From Scyliorhinus canicula (taxonomy: Eukaryota), in assembly GCF_902713615.1 (NCBI RefSeq), contig NW_024055744.1, positions 346,593 through 410,592 of the forward strand: a DNA stretch of 64,000 bases, in the 5' to 3' direction. Positions 22,051-34,469 of this stretch are shown piece by piece (position 1 is the first letter of the stretch; each line of letters starts with the position of its first letter). Below the pieces are notes generated by a model, which was given only the letters and a program-made list of their open reading frames with translations, was not told where the DNA came from and searched no databases. The translations under genes were made by a program, and so were the position numbers.

Positions 22051-22084
22051 TTAGTCCAGAAATTAACTTCTTAGTTAGTATCTG

Positions 22085-22890
22085 GAATGGTTGGAATGTG
22101 AATTCAATTTTTTTAAATCTGGAATTAAAAGTCTAATGATGACCATGAAACCATCGTTGTTTGTCATAAAACCCCATCTGGTTCCCTCATGTCCTTCAGG
22201 GAAGGAAATCTCCTGCCCTTACCTGGTGTGGCCGACATGTGACACCAGACCCACAGGAAAGTGGTCGACTCTTAAAATGCCCTCTGAAACGGCTGAGCAA
22301 ACCACTCAGTTCAAGGGCAATTAATGATGGGCAGTAAATGCCCAGCCAGCGTCACCACATCCCCATGAAATTATTTTTTTAAACTTGAGGAAGGATGTGA
22401 AGGCATCGGAGTACAGAGTCCAGAGAAGATTCACAAGAATCATTCCAGGGATAAATAACTGGAGCTATGAGGAGAGGTTGGGTCTGTTTTCCTTGGAGAA
22501 AAGAAGGCTGATTGGAGAGTTGTAGAGGTAATCAAGATCCTGAGGGGTTTGGACAGGGTAAATAATGAAAAGCTATTTCCCCTCAAGAGTACATCAAGAA
22601 CGAGAGAGCACAGATTCAAAATAATTAGCAAAAGCAGCAGAGGTGATGCGAGGCCAAATGTTTCCACCCAGAGGGTGGATGGAGTCTAGAATGAACATAT
22701 TAAGATGGAGATGGAGCTTCAATCAAGGTATTTAAGAGGGAATTGGATTATTATCTACAAAGAAAGAATGTGCAAGGTTACAGGGATAAGGCAGGGGAGT
22801 GGGATTAGATAGAATGTTCTTTCAGTGAGCAGTTCAGGCTCGATGGGCTGAATGGCCTCCTCCTGAACTGTAACAATTCGGTGGTTCTGT
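22085..22890 (+). mobile_element. Two LINE 3' ends in tandem
   Basis: 22085-22375 matches the tail at 360-430; 22385-22890 is a CR1 C-terminus ending gatgggctgaatggcctcctcctg. Confidence 0.7.
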
Positions 22891-23329
22891 CAGCACAGGC
22901 CCTCCATCATCAGCATTGAAACTGAAACTCCGATCATTCCATCAACACAGAACCACACTGGAATTTCAGAAAACCGGGAAATCTTCCGAGGGCAACTGAC
23001 ACCAACATCAGGTGAAATTCACCAACCGCCCAATGTCTCCAACAGATTGATAGGATTGATGAAAGCTCAGTGTTTAATCTGGGAGAAGGTGAACCAGAGA
23101 ATAGAAATAATTCAGAGTAAGATCAAAATAATGTCCCAGTCAACAGATCAGTCTCCTCTTATCATTGAGGAATCCAAATATTCAAAACACAGTGTCTGAA
23201 TCAAAGCTGATTTAATCAATATTTATACAGAACATCAATGCACACCCCAGTTTTCAGCCTTATTAATATCAGCAGCAACAAACTCCAGCTGTCAGAGTGA
23301 AGATGGTTCGGTCCGGATTTGATTAACAG

Positions 23330-23489
23330 CAGAATCCAAATCCAATCCCTTCAGTCACTTGTGGAATAGCTGGTGCCTCAGCCTGTGGGATTACTGAGTG
23401 AACCTCTTCTCACACACCGAGCAGATGAATGGCCTCTCCCCAGTGTGACTCCGCTGGTGCTTAAGTAGGTTGGACTTCCAAGTAAAGCC
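23330..23489 (-). pseudogene. 3' end of a C2H2 ZNF gene (1.5 fingers, internal stop), fused to ERV env
   Basis: - strand translates [43 protein letters not shown]. Confidence 0.85.
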
Positions 23490-24812
23490 ACAGTTCGAAT
23501 GGCTAGCATCTTGGCTGAAATACTACCTAGGGCTCGGGCAGTGTCATTGGGTTATTTTCTCTCAGGCTGCAGCCAGTTTAATGTATTCTCTGGCCAGTAC
23601 GATGATGCCATAGGCAGGGGCAGCACGGTAGCATAGTGGTTAGCATCAATGCTTCACAGCTCCAGGGTCCCAGGTTCGGTTCCCGGCTGGGTCACTGTCT
23701 GTGCGGAGTCTGCACGTCCTCCCTGTGTGTGCGTGGGTTTCCTCCGGGTGCTCCGGTTTCCTCCCACAGTCCAAAGATGTACGGGTTAGGTGGATTGGCT
23801 ATGCTAAATTGCCCGTAGTGTTCCAAAAAGTAAGGTTAAGGGGGAGTTGTTGGGTTACGGGTATATGGTGGATATGTGAGTTTGAGTAGGGTGATCATTG
23901 CTCGGCACAACATCGAGGGCCGAAGGGCCTGTTCTGTGCTGTACTGTTCTAAAAGAATTTCTCAGCCCCTGTGATCTCAAGTTTAGACCTCTTGATGATA
24001 GCGGGAGGTTGACATTTCTCAAACTGTGGGATGAGAGGGCCATGTTTTGAGTCTGCGTTTATAGCATCGGCTAGGGAAAGGGAAAGACGGATGAAAGGGA
24101 TAATGAATCCTAAATAGCACGCTCCTCTCCCGCTCACTGGGAGCCAAGGTTATGCAGTATTACTGAAGATGTAATAGGTGCCATTATAGGTAGAATATTG
24201 GGACCAACGTTCTGTAAAATTTGTCCCATCGGTGCGATTAGGTAGCCCTTTAAAGTCAATGGGATTCTCTTCATGTCCATAGACCACAACCTTTCTTGTG
24301 TCATGAGTGCACATTTTACTGGTACTCACATCCAAATAATATTCACATTTACTGTATCTTGCATTCCATGCTCTATGATTATAGCTGATTAAACATATGG
24401 TCCCAGTATAATTATGACCAGTTGGGAAGGTTACTTGGGGTGGTTTCTGTTTCTGATTATAGACATGTTGATACCATCCCTTGAAAGTGTTTAATGGGCG
24501 GCCTGCAGATCGCCATCTCTTAACCTCATGGTTTATCATTTCTTTGGTTCTGGTGTCTCCACATTGGGGAAGGGTATAGTCGGGATTTTGGAAAATGTAC
24601 CATTCTGCCATTTGGGATAAAGTAAAAGGAACAGGCTGTAGTGGGATACCTGCTTGGGAATTGGTCGGGATACAAGAACACACCCAGCACTTAGAGAGGT
24701 TAAAGTCTCTGGCATAGGTATAGGACATGTAAAGGAACGTGTTAACATTGAACTCCTGGGTAAGGCCTGCTGGGCCAAACATGTAACTGAAAATCAACAT
24801 TATGGCAAACAT
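23482..24812 (-). pseudogene. env: ERV env, copy 2 (SU frame open for 220 aa; TM truncated; SINE inserted)
   Basis: MFAIMLIF signal, CWVC (CXXC) motif; aligns with 4005-5024. Confidence 0.9.
23618..23951 (+). mobile_element. V-SINE (HE1-like) inserted in env copy 2
   Basis: Full-length; absent from copy 1 at ~4140. Confidence 0.92.
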
Positions 24813-24869
24813 TTTTACAGATTCTGATTTTTGTCAGCCTGCTTCACATATGATGCGTGAATCCATGAT

Positions 24870-26175
24870 TTATTTCCTTGGAGTTTCACGGCTGACTGGG
24901 CTGTGAGTAATATCTGGTAGGGGCCTTCCCACTTGGCTGCTAACCGTTCACGCTGAATTTTTTTTACGTAAACGGATTCGCCGGGCACCAAGTCATGGCC
25001 CCCCTCAGGAGGATCGCCTCACGCTGCCGACACCTGTTGAGAAGCAGAACTGACAGCATTTGTTGAGTTTTGACAATAATTGAGTAAAGCATCACTCATC
25101 AGATGGCAGTCTGCCTTTCTTAAGTCAATAGTTCCTGGCAGGGACATGGGTCTGCCAGTGATGACCTCAAATGGGCTTCGGCCTGTGGTTCTGGTTGGGG
25201 TTGCTCTGAAACTGCACAAAACTAGTGGCAAGGCTTAAATCCAATTCCTGCCTTCTTGGTTGTATTTGGACAATCGTTCTTTTAAAGTCCGGTTCATGCG
25301 TTCCACTTGTCCTGATGATTCTGGATAAGGGCAGTGTAGATTCCAATTGATGTTCAGTAACCTGCACACCTCCTGGCAAACAGCACCTGTAAAGTGGGTT
25401 CCATTGTCTGAGTCAATGCTAGCTGGTACTCCCCATCTGGGAATATCGTCTTTGTATAGGACTTTGGCTGTATGGGTGGCTGTAGCCCTCCTGGCTGGAG
25501 CAGCCTCGGCCCATCTAGAGAACCTATCCACTATTACAAGGACATCAGTGTATCTTTGGCATGTAGGAAGGGTGATGTAATCGACCTGTTTGTTCTGGAA
25601 TGTTGCTGCAGGGGCAGGAGCTTTTAGCTGAGGCATTGATGTTATAGGTCCTAAATTGTTCTTTTGACAGGTTGCACAGCGGTTTGACACCAATTGTGCA
25701 TGTGTCTTGAATCCTTTGCCACACCAACTTTTCCGGAATCAAGCCATCATCTGTCCTGGGGCTAAATGTCCCCATGAATGGATCTGTTGGGCCAGAAATG
25801 GCATCAGTGCCTGTGGGGCAACTGGTTTATCCGTCTGAACTTGTCTCCAAATATCATCATCATACCACTGGATACCTGAGTCTAACCATGATCATTTCTC
25901 TTCTTGTGAAGAGTCATGTTGCATTTCACGTAGATCTTGTAATAAATCGGTCACTCCCAATTTGTAGGTGTGTCTTGGTTCTGTTGAAGAATCCCACTGG
26001 GAGGAAGCTTCCTTTGCTACTCGGTCTGCAAGGCTGTTTCCTTGTGCTTCCATAGTGTTGTCTTCAGTATGGGCCTTGCACTTTAGAATGGATACTTCCT
26101 TTGGCAAAGCTATGGCTTCCAGCAGCTCATCATTTCAGTGGTAGGAGTCTAGAACTCGCTGTCTGATAGGGTCAT
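24870..26175 (-). pseudogene. pol: ERV pol (RNase H + integrase), copy 2
   Basis: VDRFSRW, SIDSDNGTHFT, SSGQVERMNRTLKE (D,D,E residues present); KWEGPY motif; frameshifted and truncated. Confidence 0.9.
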
Positions 26176-26529
26176 AGAAGCAGAAATCCGGATCACTTTC
26201 AAATAAATATCTTGGATATCCAATTTAAGGACTGGGACATACAGGACAATCGACTGAGATCTGCAAATGGGATTAAGCTGAATAGCTCCACTTCAGCCAG
26301 CACACACACAATGGGCCAAATGGCCTCTCTCTGTACCAGAACTTTTGAGGTTTTTACTCTGATAGTTGGAGTTTGTTTCTGATGATAATAATCTCTAAGG
26401 GACTGGAGTTTAACATTCTAGATATTGGTGAAATAAATCAGCTGTTTTAAACACGTTGTAGATTTTTGTCTTTCCCGCCTGAGTGTTTAACATCACCTGG
26501 CTGGAGCTCAGAAAGGACAATCTCACCTC

Positions 26530-26686
26530 ATAGAATCAGAGAATTTACAGTGCAGATGGAGACCCACGCAGACAAGGAGAGAACTTGCAGACTCCCCACA
26601 GACAGTGGCCCAATCCGGGAATCGAACCCGCGTCCCTGGTGCTGTGAAGCAACAGTGCTACCCACTGTGCTACCGTGCTGCCCTTG
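26530..26686 (-). mobile_element. V-SINE, internally deleted paralog of 6760-7084
   Basis: Same position in the duplicated block; central part missing. Confidence 0.8.
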
Positions 26687-26689
26687 CTT

Positions 26690-27310
26690 CCAAGCTCCCG
26701 GATTGTCTGTCTTCTCTCCGGGTAAGATTCTGATTGTCTCTTGTATTTCACTGTGACAGGGCAGAGACCTGATTGAAGGATTCAAACATGGGAGTTCTGG
26801 GAAAGATGGGCAAGGATTTGGGGGATGACAACATGTTCAAAACGTTTGGAGAGGAGAGGGAGGTTGAAGATGGGGCAGTAATTTGGAAGGATGGCAGGGT
26901 CAAGGGTTTGTTTTATTGAGGGGGTGATGATGGCAGATTTGAAGGACAGAGGGACAGTACCTGAAGAGAGAGAAATGTTGACAATATCCATGGACACAGG
27001 GTAGTTGGCTGATCAGTAGCTCAGTGGGAATAGGGTCGATGGAGCAGGAGCTGGGTCTCATGGACAAGATGAGCTCTAAGAGGGCATCAGGGGAAATGGT
27101 AGAGAAACTAGAGAAAGATGTGAATTCAGGGCTCGAGATAGGATGAAATTTAGAGACAGTTTGGTCCGGTGGGCTCGTGGAAGGGAGGGAAGCAGCAGAG
27201 GCAGCTGATCGGATTGACTCAATCTCAGTCACAAAGAGGCTCCACAAGCTCCTCACACTTCTTGTTGGAGGTGAGGATGGAACAGACAGGGGAGAGCGAG
27301 AGGACTTCAA
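26690..27310 (-). mobile_element. L2 fragment (paralog of 7090-7700)
   Basis: KQTLDPAILPNYCPIFNLPLLSK. Confidence 0.75.
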
Positions 27311-27500
27311 AAGGAACTTGTGTCAGAGATTTGAAAAAGTTTCTCAATACACTGCGTATTTCACACAAATCTAATTTATTTGACTATTACCCAGAATATT
27401 AGCCTCTGCAACTGAGCTGGAATTGTTATCAATAGAAAGGGACCCAAATGAATATGGTTCAGTCCGGAATGTGAGGAACAGCAAAATCCAATCACTGTGG

Positions 27501-29042
27501 TTACTTGTGGCCTCGCTGGTGTCTCAGCAGGTGGGATGACTGAGTGAATTCCTTTGCACACTTGGTGCAGGCGAATGGCCTCTCCCCAGTGTGAACCCGT
27601 TGGTGTCTCAGCAGGTTGGATAACTGAGTGAATCCCTTTGCACACTTGGCGCAGGTGAATGGTCTCTCCCCAGTGTGAATTTGCTGGTGCATTTTCAGGC
27701 TTAATGACCGAGTGAATCCCTTCCCACACTTGGGGCAAGTGAATGGCCTCTCCCCAGTGTGAATTCGCTGGTGTGTCAGGAGGTTGGATGACTGAGTGAA
27801 TCCCTTCCCACACTCGGAGCAGGTGAATGGCCTCTCTCCGGTGTGACCTCGCTGGTGTGTCTGCAGGGCAGATAACTGAGTGAATCGTTTCCCGCACTTG
27901 GTGCAAGCGAATGGCCTCTCCCCAGTGTGAACCCGTTGGTGTCTCAGCAGGTTGGGTAACTGAGTGAATCCCTTTGCACACTTGGAGCAGGTGAACGGTC
28001 TCTCCCCAGTGTGAATTTGCTGGTGCATTTTCAGGATTAATGACCGAGTGAATCCCTTCCCACACTTGGGGCAGGTGAATGGTCTCTCCCCAGTGTGAAT
28101 TCGCTGATGTACAGTGAGGTCAGATGATTGCCTAAACCCAGTCCCGCAGTGAGAGCACCTGAACGGTCTCTCGTCAGTGTGAGCACGTTGATGGCGCATC
28201 AGTTCCCCAGAACTTTTATAGCAATTCCCGCAATCTGGACATTGAAACGGTTTCTCGTCAGTGTGAACTCGCTGGTGTGTCAGCAGGTTGGATGACTGAG
28301 TGAATCCCTTCCCACACTCGGAGCAGGTGAATGGCCTCTCTCCGGTGTGACCTCGCTGGTGCTTCTGCAGGTCAGATAACTGAGTGCATCGTTTCCCGCA
28401 CTTGGTGCAGGCAAATGGCTTCTCCCCAGTGTGAACCCGTTGGTGTCTCAGCAGGTTGGGTAACTGAGTGAATCCCTTTGCACACTTGGCGCAGGTGAAT
28501 GGTCTCTCCCCAGTGTGAATTCGCTGGTGCATTTTCAGGTTTAATGACTGAGTGAATCCCTTCCCACACTTGGGGCAGGTGAATGGCCTCTCCCCAGTGT
28601 GAACTCGCTGATGTACAGTGAGGTCAGATGATTGCCTGAACCCAATCCCACAGTGAAAGCACCTGAACGGTCTCTCGTCAGTGTGAACACGTTGATGGCG
28701 CATCAGTTCCCCAGAACTTTTATAGCAATTCCCGCAATCTGAACATTGAAACGGTCTCTCGTCAGTGTGAATTCGCTGGTGTGTTTGCAGGGCGGATGAA
28801 GTGGTGAATCCCTTACCACACTCTTCGCAGGTGAATGGTCTCTCCCCAGTGTGACTGCGTCGATGAGTTTCCAGCTGGGATGGGAACGTGAATCCTTTCC
28901 CACAGTCCGCACATTTCCCCGGTTTCTCCTCAGTGTAACTGCATTTGTGGCTTGTGAGGCCTGATGATCGAGTGAATCCTCGTCCACACACACAACACGT
29001 GTACGGTTTCTCCCCAGTATGAACGATGCTTTTTCCTTCCAT
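27501..29042 (-). CDS. C2H2 zinc-finger protein, 17 fingers plus a degenerate first finger, 513 aa (ZNF-2)
   Basis: Open array with TGERPF linkers; acceptor CAG ending 29155; MEGKS start; AATAAA at 27375-27380. Confidence 0.93.
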   Translation of the reverse strand: MEGKSIVHTGEKPYTCCVCGRGFTRSSGLTSHKCSYTEEKPGKCADCGKGFTFPSQLETHRRSHTGERPFTCEECGKGFTTSSALQTHQRIHTDERPFQCSDCGNCYKSSGELMRHQRVHTDERPFRCFHCGIGFRQSSDLTVHQRVHTGERPFTCPKCGKGFTQSLNLKMHQRIHTGERPFTCAKCAKGFTQLPNLLRHQRVHTGEKPFACTKCGKRCTQLSDLQKHQRGHTGERPFTCSECGKGFTQSSNLLTHQRVHTDEKPFQCPDCGNCYKSSGELMRHQRAHTDERPFRCSHCGTGFRQSSDLTVHQRIHTGERPFTCPKCGKGFTRSLILKMHQQIHTGERPFTCSKCAKGFTQLPNLLRHQRVHTGERPFACTKCGKRFTQLSALQTHQRGHTGERPFTCSECGKGFTQSSNLLTHQRIHTGERPFTCPKCGKGFTRSLSLKMHQQIHTGERPFTCAKCAKGFTQLSNLLRHQRVHTGERPFACTKCAKEFTQSSHLLRHQRGHK

Positions 29043-29307
29043 GTTCAATGATATTCCACTGATATTCAGGATATGATAAATTGAGGACTCTGTCAGATCC
29101 TGATGTGATGCTTGGTTTGAGTTTCCGGACTTTGAAGGTTCCCCTTCGAACACCCTGTGAAACTGATTGAAAACAGAAAATAGGGAGTGAGAGAGAACCC
29201 ACAAAAACACAAAGGCAGGTTATGAAATTGAGCTGAATGAATCTGGTCATTTCTGGGACCGGCACTAGGAAAAAGTGACCATGAAAACTGCTAATTGTCA
29301 CTAAAAC

Positions 29308-29650
29308 GGGCAACACGGTAGCATAGTGATTAGCACAATTGCTTCACAGCTGCAGGGTCCCAGGTTCGATTCCTAGCTTGGTTCACTCTCTGTGCGGAGT
29401 CTGCACGTTCTGCCCGTGTGTGCGTAGGTTTCCTCCGGGTGCTTCCGTTTCCTCCCACAGTCCAAAAATATGCGGGTTTGGGGGATTGGCCATGCTAAAT
29501 TGCCCTTCGTGTTCAAAATTAACCTTAGTGTTGGTGGGTTACTGGGTTATGGGGGTAGGGTGGAGGTGTGGGCTTGGGTAGGGTGCTCTTTCCAAGAGCC
29601 GGTGCAGACTCGATGGGCTGAATGGCCTCCTTCTGCACTGTAAATTTTAT
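29308..29650 (+). mobile_element. V-SINE inserted in the ZNF-2 intron (absent in copy 1)
   Basis: Full-length; flanks gtcactaaaac / taaaaacccaa are contiguous at ~9505. Confidence 0.88.
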
Positions 29651-29799
29651 TTTAAAAACCCAACTGGCCTATTCGGGAGAAGAGAGAAAGAGGTGAAGAG
29701 GAATTTTGTATATCTACAAGTCAGATTAAAGAGAGTAGTTGGCAAAGCAAATTCGATCTTCAGCTTCATAAACAGTAATATTGATACAGGAACTATGCT

Positions 29800-30143
29800 T
29801 CTGGTGGCACAGTAATTAGCACTGCTACCTCACAGCACCAGGGACCTGGGTTCAATTCCGGCCTTGGTGACTGTCTGTATGGAGTTTGCACTTTCTCCCC
29901 GTGTCTGCGTGGGTTTCCACCCGGTGCTCAGGTTTCCTCCAACAACCCAAAGAAGGGCAATTTAGGTGGATTGGCCTTGATAAATTCTCCCTTAGTGTCC
30001 AGGGATGTGCAGGTCAGGTGGGGCTATGGGGTTAAAGGGACAGGGTAGGGGTGTGGGCCTAGGCAGGGTGCCCTTTCAGAGAATCAGTGCAGACTCGGTG
30101 GGCCGAATGGCCTCCTTCTGCACTGTTGGAATTCTATGGTTCT
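29800..30143 (+). mobile_element. V-SINE
   Basis: Head ggtggcacagtaattagc, V-core, CR1-like tail. Confidence 0.85.
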
Positions 30144-30299
30144 AATTCTATCCTGTGAATCTTTATAAAGCTCTGGTCACCACTCTTCAGGAAGGATATG
30201 AAGGTTCTTGGAGAAGGTGCAGAGGAGATTTACCAGAATGATTCCAGCAAAGGAGGTTGAGGGGAGATTTGATTCAGGTCCACAAGATTATAGAACAGA

Positions 30300-30470
30300 A
30301 AATAGAAAATCGCTTATTGTCACGAGTAGGCTTCAATGATGTTACTGTGAAAAGCCCCTAGTCGCCACATTCCGCGCCTGTCCAGGGAGGCTGGTATGGG
30401 AATCGAACCGTGCTGCTGGCCTGCTTTGAAAGCCAGCGATTTAGCCCAGTGTGCTAAACCAGCCCCTTTG
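30300..30470 (-). mobile_element. Short tRNA-derived SINE
   Basis: Reverse complement of ggggctggtttagcacactgggctaaatcgctgg...tcacagtaac. Confidence 0.8.
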
Positions 30471-30942
30471 CCAGATTTCCATCGGGTGGACAAACAAACT
30501 CTGTTTCCATTCACTGATCGTACAAGCAGTCAGGACACAGATTTAAAGTTTTGGGTAAAACCTGGCTTGAACGATATAAGACCCGGAGGGGTTTTGACAG
30601 GGTGGATGTGGAGAGGATGTTTCCTCTTGTGGGAGAATCTGGAACAAAAGGGTCACTGTTGCAAAATAAGGAGTCGCCCATTTAAGGTGGAGATGAGGGT
30701 TTTTTATTCTCTTGAGGGTTGTAAGACTCTGCCTTTTAAGGATGCGAGTTCCAGAGTTCTTGAATATTTTAAGGCAGAGCAGATGGGCGAGGGGGTGAAA
30801 GGTTATCAGGGGTAGGCAGGAATGTGGAGTTGAGGTTAGAATGAGATCAGCCGCAATCTTATTGAATGCTGAGCAGGCTCGAGGGGCCGAGTGGCCTGTT
30901 CCTAGTTTGTATGTAAAAGGTACAGGAGATATGAGGAGATAG

Positions 30943-31125
30943 GGGCTGTTTAGCACAGTGGGCTAAATCGCTGGCTTTGAAAGCAGACCAAGCAGGCCAG
31001 CAGCACGGTTCGCTTCCCGTAATAGCCTCCCCGAACAGGCACCGGAATGTGGCGACTAGGGGCTTTTCACAGTAACTTCATTTGAAGCCTACTCGTGACA
31101 ATAAGCGATTTTCATTTCATTTCAT
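30943..31125 (+). mobile_element. Short tRNA-derived SINE with (TTTCA)n tail
   Basis: ggggctgtttagcacagtgggctaaatcgctgg...cgtgacaataagcgattttcatttcatttca. Confidence 0.85.
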
Positions 31126-31534
31126 TTCATATGGGATATTTTTTTACACAGCGAGCGGCAATGACCTGAAACTTGCTGCCTATCAGGGAGTTTGAAAATA
31201 GACACAATGAATGATTTGATTTCAAAAGGAAATTGGATAGACATCCGAGGGAAATAAACCTGCGAGGATACAGGGAGCAGGAGAATGGGACCGACTGGAT
31301 TGCTCCAGAGAGCTAGCATGGATTCAATGGGCCGAACGCCCTTCTCTGTGCCATCATGTCCCTGACTGCTTTGTGTAATCTAGTTTTGTAATTTAACCCC
31401 GGGGGGTTCAGATATCACTCAGGTAAATCTGTGCTACACTCCCTCCGAGGCCATTCTATCCTTCCTCAGGTTTATTGCCAAGAACTGAACACAGTTCTCC
31501 AGGTTTGGTCTCACCAGGGGTTGTGAATCTCGGG

Positions 31535-31760
31535 GCTTTTCCAGTCACACTGAGACCTGAAATCTTCCCTCACAGACAGAACAGACAAACCTTTTACCTT
31601 CCACACCCAGATGCTGCTGATATTCAGGTTCTGATGAATCGAGTGAGTCAGATCGCGATGTGACGTTTGGTTTGTGTTTCCCGTCTGTTAAACCTCCTCT
31701 TCCAGTATCCTGTAAATTTACAGAAACCTCACTGTCAGTTTAGGATAGAAATTCACAACA
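31535..31760 (-). pseudogene. Orphan 5' head of a ZNF terminal exon (no fingers)
   Basis: Acceptor aaatttacag|GATACTGG and following sequence resemble the ZNF-3 exon head at 51800-51990. Confidence 0.6.
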
Positions 31761-31974
31761 TTCTCTCCTCGCCAACTTTGATTAAATGTATTCCTGGAGG
31801 TTTGATCACATGACCTGCCCCCATCCTCCAGCCATTAATCGGTCAACACATCCATCCTTGTGACACACTGCCTTCCTCGGCCAATTGGGAAGCAAAAGGA
31901 CTCATTACCTCACAGGACAGTTACTGTCCTAACGATTTTCCAGACATCCAGGTATGAATCTCACCAACGCAGGA

Positions 31975-33220
31975 AGTGGAGTTGGAGCTTCGGAACAGTA
32001 AATATAAATAATTAACCTGGGTATTCACGGCCTAGGCGGCAGGGAGCAGGGTTGGTGTGAATCTGGGGAGGAGCAGCTTTGGAACAGTAAATATAAATAA
32101 CTTACCTCGGGGATTCACGGCCTAGTCAGCAGGGAGCGGAGTTCGTGCGAATCTGGGGAGGAGCAGCTTCGGAACAGTAAGTATAAATAATTTACCTGTT
32201 GGGTATCTGGACTGGGGGAAAAAACTGAAACGTGACATCAGAGTAATTAACTGAGTCGGGGAGTAACTAGGAAATTACTAACTCGGAGATTGTTGTTTGT
32301 ATCTATGTCAACGATTTGGATGAGAATGTACAAGGCATGATCAGTAAGTTTGCAGATGACACTAAAATAGGTGGTATTGTCGACAGTGAGGAAGGTTAGC
32401 AAAATTGCAGCAGGAACTTCATCAACTGGGGAAGTGGGCCGAGAAATGACAAATGGAGTTCAATACAGATCAGTGTGAGGTGTTGCATTTCGGAAAGTCA
32501 AATCAAGGTAGGACTTTCACAGTGAATGGTAGGGCCTTAGGGAGTATCGTGGAAAGAGGGACCTTGGTGTTCAGGTGCACGGTTCTCTAAAGGTGGACTC
32601 ACAGGCAGATTGGGCAGTGAAGAAAGCTTTTGGCGTTCTGGCCTTCATCAGTCAGGGCACTGAGTAGAGAAGTTGGGAAATTATGTTGCAGTTGTGCAGG
32701 ACGTTGGTGAGGTCGCACCTGGGGTATTGTGTTCAGTTTTGATGATAGGAAAGATGTTATTAAACTGGAGAGTGCGCAGAAGAGATTTACAAGGACGTTG
32801 CCAGGATTCAAGGGACTGAGTTATAGGGAGAGATTGGACAGGCCAGGGCCTTTTTCTTTGGAGCGTAGGGGACTGAGGTGTATAAGATCATGAGAGGCAT
32901 GGACAGGGTGTATTTTTCTCCGGGTTTGGGGAATCGAGAACCAAAGGGCACAGGTTTAAGTTAAGAGGAGAAACAATTAATGGGAACCGAAGGAGCAATG
33001 GTTTTACACAGAGGGTGGTACGGAACGAGCTGCCAGAGGAAGTGGTAGAGGCAGGGACATTGACAACACTGAAAAGGCATTTGGACAGATACATGGATAG
33101 GAAAGGTTCAGAGGGATATGGGCCAAATGTGGGTATATGGGGTTAGCGTAGATGGGCCTTTAGGTTGGCATGGACTAGTTTGGGCTGAAGGGCCTGTCTC
33201 CGTGCTGTAGATTTTATGAA
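31975..33220 (+). mobile_element. CR1 element: putative tandem-repeat 5' UTR joined to the RT 3' end
   Basis: ~89-bp repeats at 31992, 32081, 32171, then KFADDTKIG at ~32345 and CR1 tail gggctgaagggcctgtctccgtgctg. Confidence 0.7.
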
Positions 33221-33672
33221 CCCCAAGTCTCTTTGGACACCCACTGTACTGAACCTCTTTCCATTTAGAAAGTACTCAGTTCTATCCTTTTTCGGTTCAA
33301 AACAAATAACCTCACACATGTTTACGTTGCCACAGTCTTGCCCGTTCACCTCGTCTGTCAACATCTCCTTACAATTTTATCCTATCATCTAGGCTGTCTA
33401 CGATGCCACCGAACTTTGTATCATCAGCAACACTGCAGAAGAGGCCCTTCGGTCCATCGAGTTTGCACCGACAAATGATAAACCTGGCCCACCGACCTAA
33501 TCCCATTTGCCAGCACTTGGCTCATAGCCTTCAATGTTATGATGTGCCAATCTTCATCCAGGTACTTTTTAAAGGATGTGAGGCAACCCGTCTCTCCCAC
33601 CCTCCCAGGCAGTGCATTCCAGACCATCACCACCCTCTGGGTAAAAAAGTTTTTCCTCGAATCCCCACTAAA

Positions 33673-34469
33673 TGTGGAGAAGTGTGAGGTGATTCACTTT
33701 GGAAAGAATAACAGAAATGCGGAATATTTGGCTAATGGTAAAATTCTTGGTAGTGTGGATGAGCAGAGGGATCTCGGTGTCCATGTACATAGATCCCTGA
33801 AAGTTGCCACCCAGGTTGATAGGGTTGTGAAGAAGGCCTATGGTGTGTTGGCCTTTATTGGTAGAGGGATTGAGTTCCGGAGCCATGAGGTCATGATGCA
33901 GCTGTACCAAACTCTGGTACGGCCGCATTTGGAGTATTGCGTACAGTTCTGGTCGCCTCATTATAGGAAGGACGTGGAAGCTTTGGAACGGGTGCAGAGG
34001 AGATTTACCAGGATGTTGCCTGGTATGGAGGGAAAATCTTATGAGGAAAGGCTGATGGACTTGAGGTTGTTTTCGTTAGAGAGAAGAAGGTTAAGAGGTG
34101 ACTTAATAGAGGCATACAAAATGATCAGAGGGTTAGATAGGGTGGACAGCGAGAGCCTTCTCCCGCGGATGGAGGTGGCTAGCACGAGGGGACATAGCCT
34201 TAAATTGAGGGGTAATAGATATAGGACAGAGGTCAGAGGTGGGTTTTTTACGCAAAGAGTGGTGAGGCCGTGGAATGCCCTACCTGCAACAGTAGTGAAC
34301 TCGCCAACATTGAGGGCATTTAAAAATTTATTGGATAAGCATATGGATGATAAGGGCATAGTGTAGGTTAGATGGCCTTTAGTTTTTTTTTTTTTTCCAT
34401 GTCGGTGCAACATCGAGGGCCGAAGGGCCTGTACTGCGCTGTATCGTTCTATGTTCTATGTTCTATGTT
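33673..34469 (+). mobile_element. Young 5'-truncated CR1 with open ORF2 C-terminus
   Basis: Uninterrupted frame NVEKCEVIHFG...LEYCVQFWSPHYRKD...MDDKGIV*; (GTTCTAT)n tail; CTAAA direct repeat. Confidence 0.9.

Noticed and set aside
23618-23700. tRNA genes at SINE heads
   Set aside because: tRNA-like A/B boxes continue into SINE core and LINE-like tail; no complete cloverleaf
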